Assembly (NCBI GenBank): GCA_965199955.1
Contig: CBDATQ010000001.1
Span: 1,440,001 to 1,504,000 of the forward strand
Origin: Spirochaetia bacterium
GTDB taxonomy: Bacteria; Spirochaetota; Spirochaetia; SZUA-6; Bin103
Reading direction: 5' to 3'
DNA length: 64,000 nucleotides
In this document: piece after piece, positions 61,269 through 64,000 of the stretch
Layout: each line of letters begins with the position of its first letter
Numbering within the stretch: the stretch's first letter is position 1
Notes under the pieces: generated by a model
The model's database searches: none
What the model saw: only the letters and a program-made list of their open reading frames with translations
Told to the model about the DNA's origin: nothing
Program-made: the position numbers and the translations under genes

Positions 61269-63227
61269 ATGACGAAGAAGATCGCTCGTTACGGCCTGCT
61301 GGCGCTGCTTGTCTGCGCCGGCGCTACCGTGGCCGTGGCCGACATGATCGCCGACAACCACGGCAAGAACGCCTGGAATCTCTCCGAGTGGCAGCAGGTC
61401 ACCGGGCAGACGCTGACCCTCACGCAGTCGCCGATGCTGGATGCCATGGGCCTGCCGCCGCTGGACCAGCGGCTTCCCGACGACCCGCTGGTCCTGCTTC
61501 CCACCAGCCAGGTGAAGAAGATCGGCACCTACCAGGATCTCGCCAGAATCCAGGGGAACGGCCCGGAGGCGGTCGCCAGCAACACGACGCGGGTCATGTG
61601 CCGCTCCGCCGAGTACGGCGGCCAGGTGAACCGGTTCCTGCGCACCTGTCAGGACATGGTGGCGTCGAACGACAACCGCACCTGGACCATGACGCTGCGC
61701 AAGGGCGCCAAGTTCTCCGACGGCAGTCCGATGACCACCGAGGACGTCGCCTTCTTCGTGGAGGACATCGCGCAGTACGAGCCGTTCGGCACGGCGATCA
61801 CCAGCGGCTCGCGCCTGGTCGCGGACGCGGAGTTCCAGATCATCGACGACTACACGTTCAGCCTCACCTGGCCGCAGCCCAACATCGGCCAGACGGGCCG
61901 TCTGGGCGAGTGGTACTACGTCTGGTTCCACAAGGGGTACCTGAGCCAGTTCCATCCCAAGTACGCGGGGCAGGACAAGGTCGATGCCATGGCCAAGGAG
62001 GCCGGTTTCGCCAGCGCAGCCGAGTTCTTCAAGGACAAGGCCGACGAGGGACAGGGTTTCCCGCGAGCCAATCCCGATCTTCCGACCATGGCGCCGTGGG
62101 TGCTCAAGGTCGGCGCGCCGGCCACCACCTACGTGTTCGAGCGCAACCCCTACTACCTGGCCGTCGACGCGATCGGCCAGCAGCTCCCGTACTTCGACGA
62201 GGTGCGCCAGGACTCGACCACCGATCCGACGGTCCTCAAGCTGCGCGCGCTGAACGGCGAGTACGACTGGATGTTCACCCTGGGGCTGGACATCTTCCCG
62301 GCCGCCAAGACCACCGAGGCCACCGAGCAGACCATCCGCGCCGTGCGCTGGGGCGGAGTCCATCTGGTGGGTGGCGCCCAGCTCCTGGAGTTCAACCAGA
62401 CCACCAACGACCCGGACATGCGTGAGCTGGTCTCGAACCGCGACTTCCGCTGCGGCGTCTCGCACGCGATCTACCGCGAGGCGATCGCCACGCTGATCTT
62501 CTACGGCGCGGTGTCGTACGGCCCGCTGGCCTACTCGGAGCGCAGCCCGTTCTACAACGAGCGCGCCTCCACCGTCTGCGGCGACTACGACCTGGACATG
62601 GCCAACAGCCTGCTGGACTCGGCCGGCCTGAGCGAGCGCGACGACGAAGGCAACCGGCTGTGGAAGGGCAAGCCGTTCGAGTTCACGGCGACCATACGCA
62701 TCCAGTACAACAGCGCCGAGGTGGCCGACGTGGTCAAGCAGAACCTCAGCGATGTGGGCATCAACATGAACATCCGCTCGACCGACGGCTGGGGCGGACT
62801 GCAGTCGGTGCGTAATAGCGGCGAGATGCAGGCGTACATCGGCCCGGCGTGGAGCACCTATGCGACCGACGTGCTGGAGACCGCCAGCTTCGGAGCGCCC
62901 TACACCAACCACGCCTATTTCGCGCCGAAGTGGTCGCAGTGGGTGGCCACCGACGGTGCAGAGGGCGAAGAGCCGCCGGACGTGGTCAAGGAAGGCATCG
63001 CGCTTCGGCAGATGCTGGGCACCCAGTCCGACATGGATGACCAGATCGCGACCATGAAGAAGATCACCGACCTGCATGCCGACAACCTGTGGGCGATCGG
63101 CATCGTCGGCGGGATCAACACGGTCATCACGTCGTACGACATGGCCAACGTGCCCGAGGACGATCCCGAGAACTGCATGCACTGCGGCGACACCGGCCGG
63201 CCGGAGGTCTGGTTCCGCGACCAGTAG
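61269..63227 (+). CDS. Family 5 substrate-binding protein, oligosaccharide-binding-like subgroup
   Basis: Signal peptide; QSPML...LPPLDQRLPDDPLV, ERNPYY...GQQLPYFD, GEEPP. Confidence 0.88.
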   Translation: MTKKIARYGLLALLVCAGATVAVADMIADNHGKNAWNLSEWQQVTGQTLTLTQSPMLDAMGLPPLDQRLPDDPLVLLPTSQVKKIGTYQDLARIQGNGPEAVASNTTRVMCRSAEYGGQVNRFLRTCQDMVASNDNRTWTMTLRKGAKFSDGSPMTTEDVAFFVEDIAQYEPFGTAITSGSRLVADAEFQIIDDYTFSLTWPQPNIGQTGRLGEWYYVWFHKGYLSQFHPKYAGQDKVDAMAKEAGFASAAEFFKDKADEGQGFPRANPDLPTMAPWVLKVGAPATTYVFERNPYYLAVDAIGQQLPYFDEVRQDSTTDPTVLKLRALNGEYDWMFTLGLDIFPAAKTTEATEQTIRAVRWGGVHLVGGAQLLEFNQTTNDPDMRELVSNRDFRCGVSHAIYREAIATLIFYGAVSYGPLAYSERSPFYNERASTVCGDYDLDMANSLLDSAGLSERDDEGNRLWKGKPFEFTATIRIQYNSAEVADVVKQNLSDVGINMNIRSTDGWGGLQSVRNSGEMQAYIGPAWSTYATDVLETASFGAPYTNHAYFAPKWSQWVATDGAEGEEPPDVVKEGIALRQMLGTQSDMDDQIATMKKITDLHADNLWAIGIVGGINTVITSYDMANVPEDDPENCMHCGDTGRPEVWFRDQ

Positions 63228-63233
63228 TCAACC

Positions 63234-63254
63234 GCGGCGGGGTGATCCCGCCGC
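63234..63254 (+). terminator. GC-rich hairpin after the SBP gene
   Basis: GCGGCGGG-GTGAT-CCCGCCGC, no U-tract. Confidence 0.4.
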
Positions 63255-63517
63255 ACACGCGTGACGACGGCGCCAGGGCCGACTCGCATGAGCCGGCTCT
63301 GGCGCGTTCTTTGTGTCCGCCCCTGTCAGAACGACGGCACCCCGCCGGCTGCCTCGCTTGGCCGAGATGCTACTTCAAGTCATCATGATGGATTGAAGTG
63401 CTTGTTCAAACGATTCTCCGTCCCGCAAAGGTAGTTCGTACGGCGCAACTGGCGCGGTGAGGTCGTGGCAAAGGTAGGGCTTGAGTATCATGCCGATGGC
63501 ATGACATGGAGTTCGCA

Positions 63518-63790
63518 ATGAACCTGCACATAAGGAACGTGTCGCCGGGTCTGTACGAGCGGCTGAGTCATCATGCTCGAGTTCACAACCGGACCATCGA
63601 CGCAGTTGTACTCGCCGCCGTCGAGCGCGAGCTTCAGCGACGGGCATGGGCGGAGCGCTTCGCCACGCGTTCAGAGACCGACTTGGGCGTCGCGGCGGAG
63701 TCACTCCTGAAAGAGGTACGACGCGAGATCCAGGGTCGCGACCAGTTCAGCCCTGATCCTGATCGGATAGCGCCCGTAGGAGCGCCTTGA
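63518..63790 (+). CDS. FitA-like ribbon-helix-helix antitoxin, no toxin beside it
   Basis: NLHIRNVSPGLYERL...ARVHNRTI. Confidence 0.6.
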   Translation: MNLHIRNVSPGLYERLSHHARVHNRTIDAVVLAAVERELQRRAWAERFATRSETDLGVAAESLLKEVRREIQGRDQFSPDPDRIAPVGAP

Positions 63791-64000
63791 CGGCCGCGGC
63801 CGCGTTGCCGGCCGCGAGACCGAGGAAGGCTGCCATCTGGTTTGCGCCTTCGCCGCCACCCGCCAGGTCGGAGAGGCTCCGGACGGCGATGAAGGGCATG
63901 TCGTTCGCGTAGGCCACGTGGGCGACGGCGGCGCTTTCCATGTCCAGTACCCGCGCACCGAAGGTGGCGAAGGTGTGCTCGCGGAACGCCGCGTTGTCGA
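63747..64000 (-). CDS. MTA/SAH nucleosidase-like protein (PNP_UDP family), 3' part only
   Basis: DNAAFR...LDMESAAVAHVA...FIAVRSLSDLAGG; runs off the window. Confidence 0.85.
   Translation of the reverse strand, partial: DNAAFREHTFATFGARVLDMESAAVAHVAYANDMPFIAVRSLSDLAGGGEGANQMAAFLGLAAGNAAAAVKALLRALSDQDQG

Noticed and set aside
63375..63492. Short lower-GC minus-strand ORF (MILKPYLCHDL...)
   Set aside because: Possibly another gene scrap, but too short to assign

Overview
High-GC bacterial DNA dominated by catabolic modules for sugars and modified organics. It carries three GH101-like enzymes (two are a tandem duplicate), two GH32 enzymes, two PhyH dioxygenases, a sulfatase/class III aminotransferase/hydantoinase A+B operon, a complete Dpp/Opp-type ABC importer, three uncharacterised GHL10-like TIM-barrel proteins, and a second Opp-type importer whose ATPases (39-41 kb) lie far from its permeases and binding protein (59-63 kb). 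A four-gene alpha-aminoadipate front end (homocitrate synthase, homoaconitase large and small subunits, homoisocitrate dehydrogenase) has fungal-like motifs and is coupled to an ASPIC/UnbV FG-GAP gene. An island at about 43-54.8 kb holds a large 2OG-Fe(II) oxygenase coupled to an AAA-ATPase/nuclease, followed by the collapsed remains of a DUF499/DUF1156/SNF2-helicase restriction-like defence system hit by an intact IS1634 (6-bp TSD) and a decayed IS66. Many operon junctions are filled with short scraps of unrelated genes (AlbA_2, IS256, argG, NUDIX, VapBC, DUF433). No rRNA, tRNA or CRISPR array was seen. All family calls are from motif recognition, not database searches.
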